DNA of 64,000 nucleotides from Oscillospiraceae bacterium. Its GTDB lineage: Bacteria; Bacillota; Clostridia; Oscillospirales; CAG-272. The stretch lies in NCBI GenBank assembly GCA_015065135.1, contig SVQY01000007.1, forward strand, positions 2,216 to 66,215, in the 5' to 3' direction. The position numbers were made by a program, and so were the translations under genes. The notes under the pieces were generated by a model. It was not told the origin of the DNA. It worked only from the letters and a program-made list of their open reading frames with translations, and did no database searches. Below, piece by piece: positions 46,400-56,534 of the stretch (position 1 is the stretch's first letter; the number at the start of each line of letters is the position of its first letter).

Positions 46400-48076
46400 T
46401 CAGCGCTCAAACACGTGGCGCATAGCGGAAAGCTTTGCCTTGGCCGCCGCGAGGTCATTACCGGTCACGCAATAATAGTACTTGCACTTGGGCTCGGTGC
46501 CACTGGGACGAACTGCCACCCAGCTGCCGTCAGCCAGAATAAAGCGCAGCACGTTGGAAGACGGGAAGCCGAGTGCCTGCATATGATCCGAGAGATAATC
46601 CTCAACCTCTGTTACGACAATTCCCTCTACCTCTGTGGGAGGCTCGTTGCGCAGGTTATCCACCAGCGCGGCGATCTTCTTGGCACCGGCAGAACCCTTA
46701 TGGACCACATTGGTCAGCGCATCCAGGTAATAGCCGAATTCAGCATACAGATCATGCAGCACATCCCAAAGAGATTTGCCGAGGGTCTTGTAATAGGCAG
46801 CTGCCTCGCAGAGCATCAAGGATGCCTGCACGCCATCCTTGTCACGGGCAATATCGGAGATCAGGCAGCCGTAGCTTTCCTCATAACCGAACATATAGGT
46901 CTGCGAGCCGGTGGAGTTGTAGGTGTGGATCTTGTCACCGATGAACTTGAAGCCGGTCAGAGTCTTTTCTACCTTGACACCATATTTTTCGCACACGCGG
47001 TCACCCAGCGTGGAGGTCACCACGGTGTTGCACATCACAGCATTTTCGGGCAATGTTCCGTTCTGGCTGTGATACTCCAGAATATAGTTGAGCAGGATCG
47101 CGCCCGACTGGTTGCCGCTGAGCAGCTCGTACTTGCCCTTCTTCTTGGCGATCACGCCCAGACGGTCGCAATCGGGGTCTGTGGTGATGGCAATATCGGC
47201 GCCGGTACGGGTCACATACTCCATAGCCAACTCATAAGCCTCTTTGTTTTCGGGGTTGGGGCTTTTGGTATTGATAAAATCCTTATCCGGGAAGCACTGC
47301 TCGGTGACGGGGGTCACATGGTAGCCGCAACGCTTCAGCACCTCGCGGACCGGTACGTTTCCGGTGCCGTGCTGAGGGGTATAGACCACAGAAAAATCAT
47401 CCCGCGGCACATCGGGGCGCAGGCGGATATTCATGACCGCCTCGTAATAGGCCTCATCCACCTCGGGGCCCAGCACCGTGATCAGATCGCCGGCCTCCTC
47501 AAGAGAGAGAGACTTGATCGAAAGCGGATCCTCGATCTTGTTGATGATCGAGATCAGGACGTCTGTGTAGCAGGGCACCAGCTGGCAGCCGTGCTGATCG
47601 TAAAGCTTATAGCCGTTATACTCAGGGGGGTTGTGGGATGCGGTGATGACCGCACCGCCGGCAGCACCCAGTATACGAACGGCAAAGGACAGCTCAGGGG
47701 TGGTACGCAAAGAATCGAAAATATAGGCGCGGATACCCTCGGCAGCCAGAACACCTGCCGTTTCCAGGCAGAATTCACGGCTCATGCGGCGATTGTCGTG
47801 TGCAATGACAACGCCCATCTCAGCAGCCCTGCGATTGGTCTGCTTGAGATACTGTGCATATCCCAGCGTGGCCTTACGGATCACGTAACGGTTGATGCGG
47901 TTGGTGCCGGCGCCGATCACGCCGCGCATGCCACCGGTGCCGAATTCGATCACCTTGTAAAAGCGCTCGTAGATCTCGGCCTCATTGCCCTCAAGGGCGA
48001 TCAGCTCCTGCTTCGTTTCCTCATCCACAAAGGGACTCTCTTTCCATTCCCGATAGGTTTCCAGATACTCTTTCAT
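46400..48076 (-). CDS. pgm: Phosphoglucomutase / phospho-sugar mutase
   Basis: FGTGGMRG, TASHNP, DPDCDR, GYEES, RPSGTEPK. Confidence 0.92.
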   Translation of the reverse strand: MKEYLETYREWKESPFVDEETKQELIALEGNEAEIYERFYKVIEFGTGGMRGVIGAGTNRINRYVIRKATLGYAQYLKQTNRRAAEMGVVIAHDNRRMSREFCLETAGVLAAEGIRAYIFDSLRTTPELSFAVRILGAAGGAVITASHNPPEYNGYKLYDQHGCQLVPCYTDVLISIINKIEDPLSIKSLSLEEAGDLITVLGPEVDEAYYEAVMNIRLRPDVPRDDFSVVYTPQHGTGNVPVREVLKRCGYHVTPVTEQCFPDKDFINTKSPNPENKEAYELAMEYVTRTGADIAITTDPDCDRLGVIAKKKGKYELLSGNQSGAILLNYILEYHSQNGTLPENAVMCNTVVTSTLGDRVCEKYGVKVEKTLTGFKFIGDKIHTYNSTGSQTYMFGYEESYGCLISDIARDKDGVQASLMLCEAAAYYKTLGKSLWDVLHDLYAEFGYYLDALTNVVHKGSAGAKKIAALVDNLRNEPPTEVEGIVVTEVEDYLSDHMQALGFPSSNVLRFILADGSWVAVRPSGTEPKCKYYYCVTGNDLAAAKAKLSAMRHVFER

Positions 48077-48282
48077 TGGTTTACTCGCTATGCTCCCGTA
48101 TAACAGATAAATATAATTTGAGATTATAGTATAACATATTTTATTTCGATTTGCAATGCATAATTATAAATTTTTTTGAGATTTTTTTGCGGTTTTTCGA
48201 CATGCTTTTTTGTGATTTTGCACGATGCGCGCTTTACACTTCTCTTTTGCGCCGATCGGCATCTTTTCTTTTGGTATTTTGC

Positions 48283-48311
48283 TTGACAAACAGACAGATT
48301 TGCTTTATAAT
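48283..48311 (+). promoter_or_regulatory. Sigma-A promoter of proS
   Basis: Perfect TTGACA-17 bp-TATAAT. Confidence 0.75.
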
Positions 48312-48352
48312 AAACAGTAACTAACTTATCATTGATCCGAAAGGAACCTATC

Positions 48353-49792
48353 ATGGCAAAAGAAAAGAAATTGGTTGAGCAGATCACCTCGATGGAGGTC
48401 GATTTTGCCCAATGGTACACCGATGTTGTAAAAAAGGCCGAGCTGATGGATTATTCCAGCGTAAAGGGCTGTATGATCTTCCGTCCCTACGGCTACGCCA
48501 TCTGGGAGAACATTCAGAAGGACTTGGATGCCCGCTTTAAAAGGACCGGTCATGAGAACGTATATATGCCTATGTTCATCCCCGAAAGCCTGCTCACCAA
48601 AGAAAAGGATCACGTAGAGGGCTTTGCTCCCGAGTGCGCCTGGGTCACCTTCGGTGGTGAGAATAAGCTCACCGAGCGTCTGGCGGTGCGCCCCACCTCC
48701 GAGACCCTTTTCTGCGAGCATTTCCGCAACGTGATCCAGTCCTACCGTGACCTGCCCAAGCTTTACAATCAGTGGTGCTCGGTCGTTCGCTGGGAAAAGA
48801 CCACCCGTCCCTTCCTGCGCACCTCCGAATTCCTCTGGCAGGAGGGTCACACCATGCACGAGACCAAGGAGGAGGCCGAAGCAGAAACGCTGCAGATGCT
48901 GAAGATCTATGAGGAGTTCTATCTGGAGGCGTTGGCCATCCCCGCCATCACCGGTCAGAAGACCGATAAGGAGAAATTTGCCGGCGCGGAGGCCACCTAT
49001 ACCATTGAGCCTATGATGCACAACGGCGTTGCCCTGCAGGGCGGCACCTCTCATTTCTTCGGTGACGGCTTCGCCAAGGCATTCGACATCACCTTTACCG
49101 CAAGAGACAACACCGTGAAGCATCCCTTCCAGACCTCCTGGGGCGTATCCACCCGTTCTATCGGCGCCATCATTATGACCCACGGCGACGACAACGGTCT
49201 GATCCTCCCCCCCACCGTGGCTCCCATTCAGGTGGTCATCATTCCCGTTGCCCAGCACAAGGAGGGCGTTCTGGAAAAGGCCGGTGAGATCAAGGACCGC
49301 CTTGCCAGCACCCTGCGCGTAAAGCTGGATGACAGCGATCAGTCCACCGGCTGGAAGTTCAGTCAGTACGAGATGAAGGGTGTTCCGGTCCGTCTGGAGA
49401 TCGGCCCTAAGGATATTGAGAACAACTCCTGTGTGCTGGTCAGCCGCGTGACCCGCGAAAAGAAGTTCGTGTCGCTTGACAACGTAGAGGCCGAGGTCGC
49501 TGCTATGCTGAAGCAGGTTCACGACGAGCTGGTCGCCCGCGCTCGCAAGAATCTGGAGGAAAAAACCTTTGTTGCCACCAACCTGGAGGAGTTTCTCGAC
49601 ATCGCGGAGAACAAGCCCGGCTACATCAAGGCCATGTGGTGCGGTGATGTGGCGTGCGAGGAGGCCTTGAAGGAAAAGACCGGCGGTGTCAAATCCCGCT
49701 GCATCCCCTTCAACGAGGAAAAGCTCTCCGACGTTTGTGTCTGCTGTGGTAAGCCTGCCAAGAAGATGGTGGTCTGGGGCAGACAGTACTGA
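48353..49792 (+). CDS. proS: Proline--tRNA ligase (archaeal/eukaryote-like type)
   Basis: [38 protein letters not shown]-terminal zinc site and terminal Y. Confidence 0.96.
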   Translation: MAKEKKLVEQITSMEVDFAQWYTDVVKKAELMDYSSVKGCMIFRPYGYAIWENIQKDLDARFKRTGHENVYMPMFIPESLLTKEKDHVEGFAPECAWVTFGGENKLTERLAVRPTSETLFCEHFRNVIQSYRDLPKLYNQWCSVVRWEKTTRPFLRTSEFLWQEGHTMHETKEEAEAETLQMLKIYEEFYLEALAIPAITGQKTDKEKFAGAEATYTIEPMMHNGVALQGGTSHFFGDGFAKAFDITFTARDNTVKHPFQTSWGVSTRSIGAIIMTHGDDNGLILPPTVAPIQVVIIPVAQHKEGVLEKAGEIKDRLASTLRVKLDDSDQSTGWKFSQYEMKGVPVRLEIGPKDIENNSCVLVSRVTREKKFVSLDNVEAEVAAMLKQVHDELVARARKNLEEKTFVATNLEEFLDIAENKPGYIKAMWCGDVACEEALKEKTGGVKSRCIPFNEEKLSDVCVCCGKPAKKMVVWGRQY

Positions 49793-49886
49793 TCCCATTT
49801 TAAATCAAATCGTCCCTTTTTGCCGGGAGCCGATCGGATCACCCGACCGGCTCCCAATATTATTATATATGTAAAGGAGTTTGACT

Positions 49887-51305
49887 ATGCTTCCTGCACC
49901 CAGAAATTATGCCATCTATCCTCAGGTCGTGCTTGCAGATAAGCCCACCGAAATGACCATTGTGCCCACCGAGCGCGCCTTTTTGCTGTTTGAGGGTAAG
50001 GAATACAACGTGATCGTTACCACCCTTGACGACGATGAGACCGACTATCACGATGGCGGCACCTGCCACCACAAGCTGACCGCCGTTGCGCACGACGGTG
50101 TGCTGCGTTTTTCCTACACCTTCCCCGCTGAGGGCGAGCACTTGATCCGCTTTGAGTATAAGGAACAGAAGTTCTTTGAGCTGCACGTGTTCTCTCTTTA
50201 CAAGGATCTGTACCGTCTGCGCCCCGTTCGCGGCGATCTCCACTCTCACAGCTACCGTTCGGACGGCCGCCAGGATCCTGCCGCTGCCATGGGTCACTAC
50301 CGCGAGCAGGGCTATGATTTTTATACCCTGACCGATCACAACCGCTACTATCCGGGCGGCGAGGTCGATGAGGTCTATGACGGCGTGAAGCTGGGCATCA
50401 CTCGCGTGAAGGGCGAGGAGGTCCACGCCCCCGGCAGCGTGGTGCATATCGTGCACGCAGGCGGCAAAAGCAGCGTCGCGGATATCTATATCCACGACAA
50501 GGACCGTTATGACCGCGAGATCGCGGAATACGAGTCCCGTGTGCCCGCGAGCATACCCGAGCGCTACAAGGGTCGCTACGCAAGAGCTATGTGGGTCACC
50601 GACCGTATCCACGAGGCAGGCGGCATTGCCATCTTTGCACATCCCTATTGGAGACCGGGCGCATCCAAGGTCTACAACGTAAACAACGAGTTCACCCGCA
50701 TCCTGCTCACCAGCGGCATGTTCGATGCCTTTGAGCTGGTAGGCGGTCAGACGCAGGTAGGCATCAACCGTTGTGTAGCACTGCTGATGGAGCTGCGCGA
50801 GGAGGGCTTCAAGATCCCGCTGGTCGGCTCCAGCGACGTGCACGGCATGGAAAACGTCAGCTCCTTCCCCCATATGTTCACCATCTGCTTCGTGAAGGAA
50901 AATGAGAATGATGCCATCATTGATGCGGTAAAGCAGTTCAACTGCGTTGCCGTAGAAGCAACCAACAATGAGTACACCCGTCACTATCGCTGCTACGGCA
51001 GCTTCCGTCTGGTCACCTACGCCCAGTTCCTGCTGAAGAATTATTTCCCCAACCTGCAGCGCATTTGTCAGGGCGAAGGCATCGCCATGCGCACCTACGC
51101 CTTTGACGACGCAAGCAAGTCTCTCATCGAGGCACAGGTAAAGCAGACCGACAACTACCGTCTGCGCTTCTTTGGCAAGAAGGCGCCTGCCCTGCCCACC
51201 GCCGCCATCCACGCCTTTGAGGAAAAATGGCGCGCCGTTCATATGGAAGGACCCACCGCCAAGGGCAGTCTGGTTCATATGGATCCCCCCAACAGACAGA
51301 TCTGA
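49887..51305 (+). CDS. PHP-family metallohydrolase
   Basis: GDLHSHS..SDG, TDHN, AHPYW, SSDVH. Confidence 0.8.
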   Translation: MLPAPRNYAIYPQVVLADKPTEMTIVPTERAFLLFEGKEYNVIVTTLDDDETDYHDGGTCHHKLTAVAHDGVLRFSYTFPAEGEHLIRFEYKEQKFFELHVFSLYKDLYRLRPVRGDLHSHSYRSDGRQDPAAAMGHYREQGYDFYTLTDHNRYYPGGEVDEVYDGVKLGITRVKGEEVHAPGSVVHIVHAGGKSSVADIYIHDKDRYDREIAEYESRVPASIPERYKGRYARAMWVTDRIHEAGGIAIFAHPYWRPGASKVYNVNNEFTRILLTSGMFDAFELVGGQTQVGINRCVALLMELREEGFKIPLVGSSDVHGMENVSSFPHMFTICFVKENENDAIIDAVKQFNCVAVEATNNEYTRHYRCYGSFRLVTYAQFLLKNYFPNLQRICQGEGIAMRTYAFDDASKSLIEAQVKQTDNYRLRFFGKKAPALPTAAIHAFEEKWRAVHMEGPTAKGSLVHMDPPNRQI

Positions 51306-51314
51306 CCACGCAAC

Positions 51315-51347
51315 AGACAGAGGGCACACGCCCTCTGTCTTTCTTTT
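51315..51347 (+). terminator. Rho-independent terminator
   Basis: AGACAGAGGGC-acac-GCCCTCTGTCT followed by a T tract. Confidence 0.7.
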
Positions 51348-51413
51348 TGTCATAATCTCCGCCTCCCGCGCGTATGCTTTAACGGAAATCACGCACAAGG
51401 AGGATTACCGTAT

Positions 51414-51899
51414 ATGTTCATCTATTCGATGCGTGCCGGCACGCTGCGCTTTTTCGGCATTGTTTGTGTGGCTCTGATCGGCCTCGTGACACTGATGGCC
51501 TTCGTTCCCGAGCTGCAACCGACGGCGGCCACCGAAAGCGAGGCGGTGGAAAGCGAGAGCGTTTCCTTTGAAAAGATCCGCTCCAACGAGGATCGGATCG
51601 GCTTTCTCTCTCACTTTGGCTGGCAGGTAGAGGAAGCACCACTGGAAAGCACCACCGTGACAGTTCCGAGGGAGTTTGACAAGGTCTTTTCCTCCTATAA
51701 CGAGCTGCAGCGCGCGCAAGGATTGGATCTTTCTGCTTACGCAGGCAAAACCGTGGAGCGCTACACCTACACCGTTAAAAATTATGAGGGGTACGAAGGC
51801 ACCGTCTATGCCAATCTGCTGATCTGGCGCGGTAGAGTGATCGGCGGCGACATCTGCTCTGCGGATAGCGCCGGCTTCATTCACGGCCTTACAAAATAA
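51414..51899 (+). CDS. DUF4830 domain protein
   Basis: N-terminal TM; FL..FGW, P.EFD.V...YNELQ..QG.DLS.Y.GK, VIGGDI. Confidence 0.8.
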   Translation: MFIYSMRAGTLRFFGIVCVALIGLVTLMAFVPELQPTAATESEAVESESVSFEKIRSNEDRIGFLSHFGWQVEEAPLESTTVTVPREFDKVFSSYNELQRAQGLDLSAYAGKTVERYTYTVKNYEGYEGTVYANLLIWRGRVIGGDICSADSAGFIHGLTK

Positions 51900-52265
51900 A
51901 AGCGTCGCCGCACGGTCCGAAAGGGGTCGTGCGGCAATTTTTCGTTTGCAAAACTCATACCGTTACGGGGGGTATTTTTTGCATTTTTGGCTCAAAATCC
52001 TCTTTTTTTCACACCGTCTTTGGGGTAATTGAGCAAAAAGCGGCATTCCTTTTTGTGTATCTTGTTTAAATTCCAAAAAAACGCGAAAAAAATATAAAAA
52101 AATCTTCCCTTTTTGCCTTTTTTATGTTATAATACAATTAAGTCTATGGATTTTATATTCATAGACACCCCTTTGACCCCTCTTTTACGGCTTTTGCGGT
52201 ACCGTTCAAGGGGTAATTCCACAACCGCAGGTAGTGAAATTTTCACGATACGGGAGGTTTGCTTT

Positions 52266-54269
52266 ATGAAAAAAAGACTTCTGGCATGTCTGCTGACGCT
52301 TTGCCTGATGATCGGTCTTGTAACGGCAATGGCTTGCACCGTTTCCGCTTCTGCCGACGTGGCATCGGTCACCGCAGACGGTGAGACCGTTGTTACCGCC
52401 TCTTCCTTCTCCGAGGCAGTGAACGCCGCAAAGCTTTACCGCAATTGCACCGTTACACTGCTGGCAGATACCGAGGTCGGCGCTCTGGAGCTTGACGGTG
52501 ACTACACCATCGATCTGAACGGCAAGACGCTGACCGTTCTGGCGCCCCTGACGCTGGATGCAGGTCTGCTGACCGTGACCGACAGCTCGGAGGCCAAGAG
52601 CGGCACCATCACCGCCGCCACCTCTGCTGCGATCGTGATGAACGGCGGAACCCTGAAGCTGAATGCCGGCAAGGTCCACTCCGGCGCTGCCGCAGCGATC
52701 CAGAACCTGGGCACCGGCTCCCTGTATCTCTCCGGCAAGCCTACCCTTTCCACCGCTGTGGAGAATGGTGCTGCGCTTTACGTCGGTTATCCCAACACCC
52801 TGAACGGTAAGGATGGCGATACCGCTTATACCGGCAACACCGTGACCGTTGACTGCGGTTGGGTCGTTTCTGACGGCTCTGTGATCGCCAAGAGCGGCAA
52901 CGCCGATCAGTTCAATGTTCTGCACTATGATGCAAAGGCATTCATCGTGGAATCAAACGGAGATGCCCTGCAGTTCACCAAGATCGCCAATTTCGTCTGG
53001 ATCATCATCGGCGTGGTCGCACTGGTCACTCTGGTTATGGTGATCTTCACCATCGTACACACTGTACAGTTTAAGAATAGTATGAAATTTTATTCTGTTT
53101 CGCTTCCCGCCCTGCTGACCCTTCTGGCCGCTATGCTGCCCGGTCAGCTGTACACTATGATCGCCGTTTGCGCCGTTTGCGTTGTTTCGGTGATCTGCTG
53201 CGTAGCCGTTACCACCTCCCAGAATAAGAAGCTGGCTGCCGCCAAGGCTGCTAAGGCCGAGCGCGACGCCGCAGAAGCTGCCGCCAAGGCCGCCGCCGAG
53301 GAGGCCGCTGCCGCAGAAGCCGCCGCTGCTGAGGCTGCTACCGCGGAGGCTCCTACCGCGGAGGCTCCTGCCGAGGAGCCCGCCGAGGAGGCTGTTGCCG
53401 AGGAAGCTCCCGCTGAGGAGCCTGCCGAGGAAGCTCCCGCTGAGGAGCCCGTTGAGGAGGCTGTCGCCGAGGAAGCTCCCGCTGAGGAGCCTGCCGAGGA
53501 GGCTGCTGCCGAAGAAGCTCCCGCTGAGGAGCCCGTTGAGGAGACTGTCGCCGAGGAAGCTCCCGCCGAGGAGCCCGTTGAGGAGGCTGTCGCCGAGGAA
53601 ACTCCCGCTGAGGAACCCGTCGAGGAGGCTGTCGCCGAGGAAGCTCCTGCTGAGGAGCCTGCCGAAGAAGCTGTTGCTGAGGAGGAGACCCTTGAGGAGC
53701 CCGTTGAGGAGGCCGCCGAGGAAGAAGCTCCCGCCGCACCCGCTATGCCCAAGGCCAAGCCCGACCGTGTGGTCATCGCAGAGACCGATGCCAACGGCAA
53801 TGTGATCTATTCCGCTTACAAAAAATCCTTCACCGCCCGTGTGATCCAATCCCCCGATGAGGTTCAGGAGCGCTACGAGGTGCTGAAGAACGCGCTGCTT
53901 TCTTACAAGAAGGTCAACTCCCGCATCAGCTGGAGCTACGACTCCATCAAATCCGGCCGCAAGCAGTTGGCTAAATTCGCCATCCGCGGCAAGTCGCTGT
54001 GCCTGTTCCTGGCGATTGATCCCGCTACCCTGGAGGATTCCAAGTATAATATTGCCGATGCCGGCTCCTCCAAGAAGTACGAGACAGTTCCCTGCCGCCT
54101 GCGTCTCTCCTCTAAGCGCAGCATCAAGTGGGGTCTTGAGCTGATCGAAAAGCTGGCCGAGCAGGAAGGCCTCGTGAAAAATCCCAAATACAAGGAGCAG
54201 TCCTGGAGATCCGAGAACGAGACCACCGAGTCTCTGATCGAAAAGGGCCTGATCAAAAAGATCGTTTGA
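52266..54269 (+). CDS. Membrane protein: extracellular beta-rich domain, TM segments, acidic EEPA linker, basic C-terminal domain
   Basis: Start moved to MKKRLL (RBS GGGAGG); signal peptide; hydrophobic segments mid-protein; C-terminal SFTARVIQS...LKNALLSY...IRGK.L.LFLA.DP. Confidence 0.8.
   Translation: MKKRLLACLLTLCLMIGLVTAMACTVSASADVASVTADGETVVTASSFSEAVNAAKLYRNCTVTLLADTEVGALELDGDYTIDLNGKTLTVLAPLTLDAGLLTVTDSSEAKSGTITAATSAAIVMNGGTLKLNAGKVHSGAAAAIQNLGTGSLYLSGKPTLSTAVENGAALYVGYPNTLNGKDGDTAYTGNTVTVDCGWVVSDGSVIAKSGNADQFNVLHYDAKAFIVESNGDALQFTKIANFVWIIIGVVALVTLVMVIFTIVHTVQFKNSMKFYSVSLPALLTLLAAMLPGQLYTMIAVCAVCVVSVICCVAVTTSQNKKLAAAKAAKAERDAAEAAAKAAAEEAAAAEAAAAEAATAEAPTAEAPAEEPAEEAVAEEAPAEEPAEEAPAEEPVEEAVAEEAPAEEPAEEAAAEEAPAEEPVEETVAEEAPAEEPVEEAVAEETPAEEPVEEAVAEEAPAEEPAEEAVAEEETLEEPVEEAAEEEAPAAPAMPKAKPDRVVIAETDANGNVIYSAYKKSFTARVIQSPDEVQERYEVLKNALLSYKKVNSRISWSYDSIKSGRKQLAKFAIRGKSLCLFLAIDPATLEDSKYNIADAGSSKKYETVPCRLRLSSKRSIKWGLELIEKLAEQEGLVKNPKYKEQSWRSENETTESLIEKGLIKKIV
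53340..53735 (+). repeat. Coding tandem repeat (about 42-nt unit, AEEAPAEEP(A/V)EEAV)
   Basis: Repeated GCCGAGGAAGCTCCCGCTGAGGAGCC units. Confidence 0.9.
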
Positions 54270-54278
54270 TCTCTTCTT

Positions 54279-54306
54279 TAAGCCGGGGCACACGCCCCGG
54301 CTTTTC
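54279..54306 (+). terminator. Rho-independent terminator
   Basis: AAGCCGGGGC-acac-GCCCCGGCTTTT. Confidence 0.75.
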
Positions 54307-54314
54307 CTTTGGCC

Positions 54315-54343
54315 TTGACAAAGCCACTTCAAAACAGTATAAT
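54315..54343 (+). promoter_or_regulatory. Sigma-A promoter
   Basis: Perfect TTGACA-17 bp-TATAAT. Confidence 0.75.
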
Positions 54344-54380
54344 GCTATTGTATCTGTAAAAATTTGATCGAGGTTTTGAT

Positions 54381-54980
54381 ATGTACCGCTATTACCTGAT
54401 CGTTATGCTGGGCGGGCCCGCAGTACTGGCTCTGATCGGCTGGCTGGCCGGTGACGTCCCCGTTTATTACGCTTTTCTGGCCTCCTACGGTGCTACCGTT
54501 GCCGCCTTTGGTATCGGTGCGCTGGCCGCTACCCTGACCCGTGCCTTTCCGCCCCGTTTTTTCGACCCCCTCTCCAAGCGCTATCAGGTTCCCAAATGGG
54601 AGCGACGCTTTCTGGTGCGCATCGGCATCCGCTCTTGGAAGGATAAGATCCCGGAGGTCGGCGCACTGCTTGGCTATCTATCCAAAAAGAAGATCGAGAA
54701 CAGACAGGATAACGAATATCTCCACTACTTTATGACCGAGACCTGCTATGCCGAGGTCATGCACCTGGTCTGCTGCTTCGTAGGCTTTCTCATCCTGATC
54801 CCCGGCTTTTTTGTGGATCACCGTTACCTGTTCTTTTTCGCCATTCCGGTCTCAATCATCAATGCGATCCTGCACCTGCTACCGGTGCTGGTACAGCGCT
54901 ACGTGCGCCCCTTCCTGCTACACGCCTACCGACACAACGAGCAAAAGAAAAAAAGAGAGGCCGCGCACGAGGCCGAATAA
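54381..54980 (+). CDS. Membrane protein, CrtO-like acyltransferase family
   Basis: GIRSWKDKIP, F..ET..AE..H and VQRY.RP motifs with several TMs. Confidence 0.55.
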   Translation: MYRYYLIVMLGGPAVLALIGWLAGDVPVYYAFLASYGATVAAFGIGALAATLTRAFPPRFFDPLSKRYQVPKWERRFLVRIGIRSWKDKIPEVGALLGYLSKKKIENRQDNEYLHYFMTETCYAEVMHLVCCFVGFLILIPGFFVDHRYLFFFAIPVSIINAILHLLPVLVQRYVRPFLLHAYRHNEQKKKREAAHEAE

Positions 54981-54982
54981 AC

Positions 54983-55013
54983 AGAAGGTCCCTGGTTTGC
55001 CAGGGACCTTCTG
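54983..55013. terminator. Terminator between convergent genes
   Basis: AGAAGGTCCCTGG-tttg-CCAGGGACCTTCT. Confidence 0.65.
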
Positions 55014-55018
55014 CTTAT

Positions 55019-55486
55019 TCAGAGGTATCGCTTCAGCATCTCCAGATTATGCTCCTCAAAGGCCACGACCTCGCGCGCCAGCCGCATAGCACCCGGCGCA
55101 CAATCACAAAGCTCTCTGTCGTTGAGCAGCTTGATCATATCGGTAATGCACAGATTGGAGCCCTCGATCATCATTTCGGCTACGTGACTGGTGCCGGAAT
55201 CCAGCATCGTATGCAGCGCGGCGCCGACCTTGGCGGTCATGCGTGTCACAAAGCCCTCCTCTTTGGCCATAAGGCCTGCATCCTGCAGAGCCTCAGCCGC
55301 GCGCTGCGCGTACTTCTCATAGCCATCCAGCTGCATGGTGACCACGCTGCGCAATCCGTCGTCTCTGATATGAGGCAGCAGATTGAGCACGGTATCCGCG
55401 CCCATCTTGGCAGCCTTATAGATCCCGTCATAGAAAAAGGCCTCGTTTTTCTCTTTTGCGTTGACTTTCGTCTTGACCTCCGTCAT
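55019..55486 (-). CDS. Hypothetical helical (ferritin-like) protein
   Basis: RBS AAGGAGAGG; KMG, AEMMIEGS, EE.N.E.LK.YL. Confidence 0.7.
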   Translation of the reverse strand: MTEVKTKVNAKEKNEAFFYDGIYKAAKMGADTVLNLLPHIRDDGLRSVVTMQLDGYEKYAQRAAEALQDAGLMAKEEGFVTRMTAKVGAALHTMLDSGTSHVAEMMIEGSNLCITDMIKLLNDRELCDCAPGAMRLAREVVAFEEHNLEMLKRYL

Positions 55487-55501
55487 CCTTCCCTCTCCTT
55501 A

Positions 55502-55548
55502 TAAAAAATGCGGTACACGCTTATTTTGAGCGCGTACCGCATTTTTTA
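55502..55548 (-). terminator. Terminator after dnaC-like gene
   Basis: TAAAAAATGCGGTAC.CGCT...AGCG.GTACCGCATTTTTTA. Confidence 0.7.
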
Positions 55549-55551
55549 TAC

Positions 55552-56532
55552 TTATTTCTTGATCAGCTTCTGCCGTCTGATATCGGTGCCGGTAAAGGGG
55601 ATGACCGAAAACTCGCCAAACAAACGGCTGGTGATGCGGTCTGCATATTTCGACTGGATCTCCTTACCGTTCAGATTGGTATTGATGATGGTGGGTCGGC
55701 GCAGATTAATGCGATTGTTCAGCACCATATAAAGGCAGGCGGAGGTGAATTGATTGCTCTGCTCTGTGCCCAGATCGTCCAGAATCAGCAGATCGCAATC
55801 GGTGTAACGGGAAAGCCCCTCGTTTGCCTGCTGCTTTTCCTCTCCAAAGCCAAAGCGCGCCTGCTCGAAATCGGCAAACATCTCGATGCTGCCGGTATAG
55901 AACACGTCATAGCCCTTATCGATCACGCATCTTGCCACGGCGGTGGAAAGGTGCGTTTTGCCAAGACCGGTGCTGCCGCACAGGATCAGGTTGCCCGACT
56001 CCGGCGAAAAGCCCTCGGCATAATCCTTCAGCTTTTTGAAGTTTTCTGCCATACTGCGTCTGGATTCTCCCTGCGTTGCATAATAGCGCAGATCGAAGTT
56101 CTCAAAGGACTGCGTTTGCAGCAGCTTGCCAAGGCCGGAGCTTTCATAGGCCGCCAGGATCAGCTCACGGCGCATGCACTCGCACATTTTGGTGTCCACA
56201 AAGCCGGTATCCATGCAAACGGGGCATTCGTAGGGCGGCAGCGTATAATCGGCAGGATACCCCATTTTTTCAAGCTCTGCCGCGCGCTGCTCCTGCAAAG
56301 CGCGATTCTGCTCCTCTACAGAGGCAAGCTTTTGCTGATAGCCCTCTCCCGAGCCCAACGCCGCAATGGCGATCTCAGCACCTGTACGGGCCAGCTGACG
56401 GTCGATCTCGGCGATCTCCGGGCTCTTGGCGTGGATCTCCTCCAGGCGACGATCCGCCTCGGCATAAGCCTTCAGATATTTCGTTTTATACGACTCGCGG
56501 ATGCGCGCGTAATTCTCTCTGTTATATCCCAT
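55552..56532 (-). CDS. DnaC/DnaI-like helicase loader ATPase
   Basis: CPVCMDTG...CEC, GSTGLGKTHL, LLILDDLGTE, NTNL, RITSRL. Confidence 0.88.
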   Translation of the reverse strand: MGYNRENYARIRESYKTKYLKAYAEADRRLEEIHAKSPEIAEIDRQLARTGAEIAIAALGSGEGYQQKLASVEEQNRALQEQRAAELEKMGYPADYTLPPYECPVCMDTGFVDTKMCECMRRELILAAYESSGLGKLLQTQSFENFDLRYYATQGESRRSMAENFKKLKDYAEGFSPESGNLILCGSTGLGKTHLSTAVARCVIDKGYDVFYTGSIEMFADFEQARFGFGEEKQQANEGLSRYTDCDLLILDDLGTEQSNQFTSACLYMVLNNRINLRRPTIINTNLNGKEIQSKYADRITSRLFGEFSVIPFTGTDIRRQKLIKK

Positions 56533-56534
56533 TT

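Noticed and set aside
48077-48352. T-box leader for proS
   Set aside because: The consensus promoter lies about 40 bp from the start codon, leaving no room, and no T-box motif is visible.
52150-52260. Riboswitch in the leader of the 52266 gene
   Set aside because: Only short possible stems; no recognisable aptamer consensus.
52953-54332. Repetitive alternative-frame ORFs over the EEPA repeat
   Set aside because: By-products of the stop-free coding tandem repeat.
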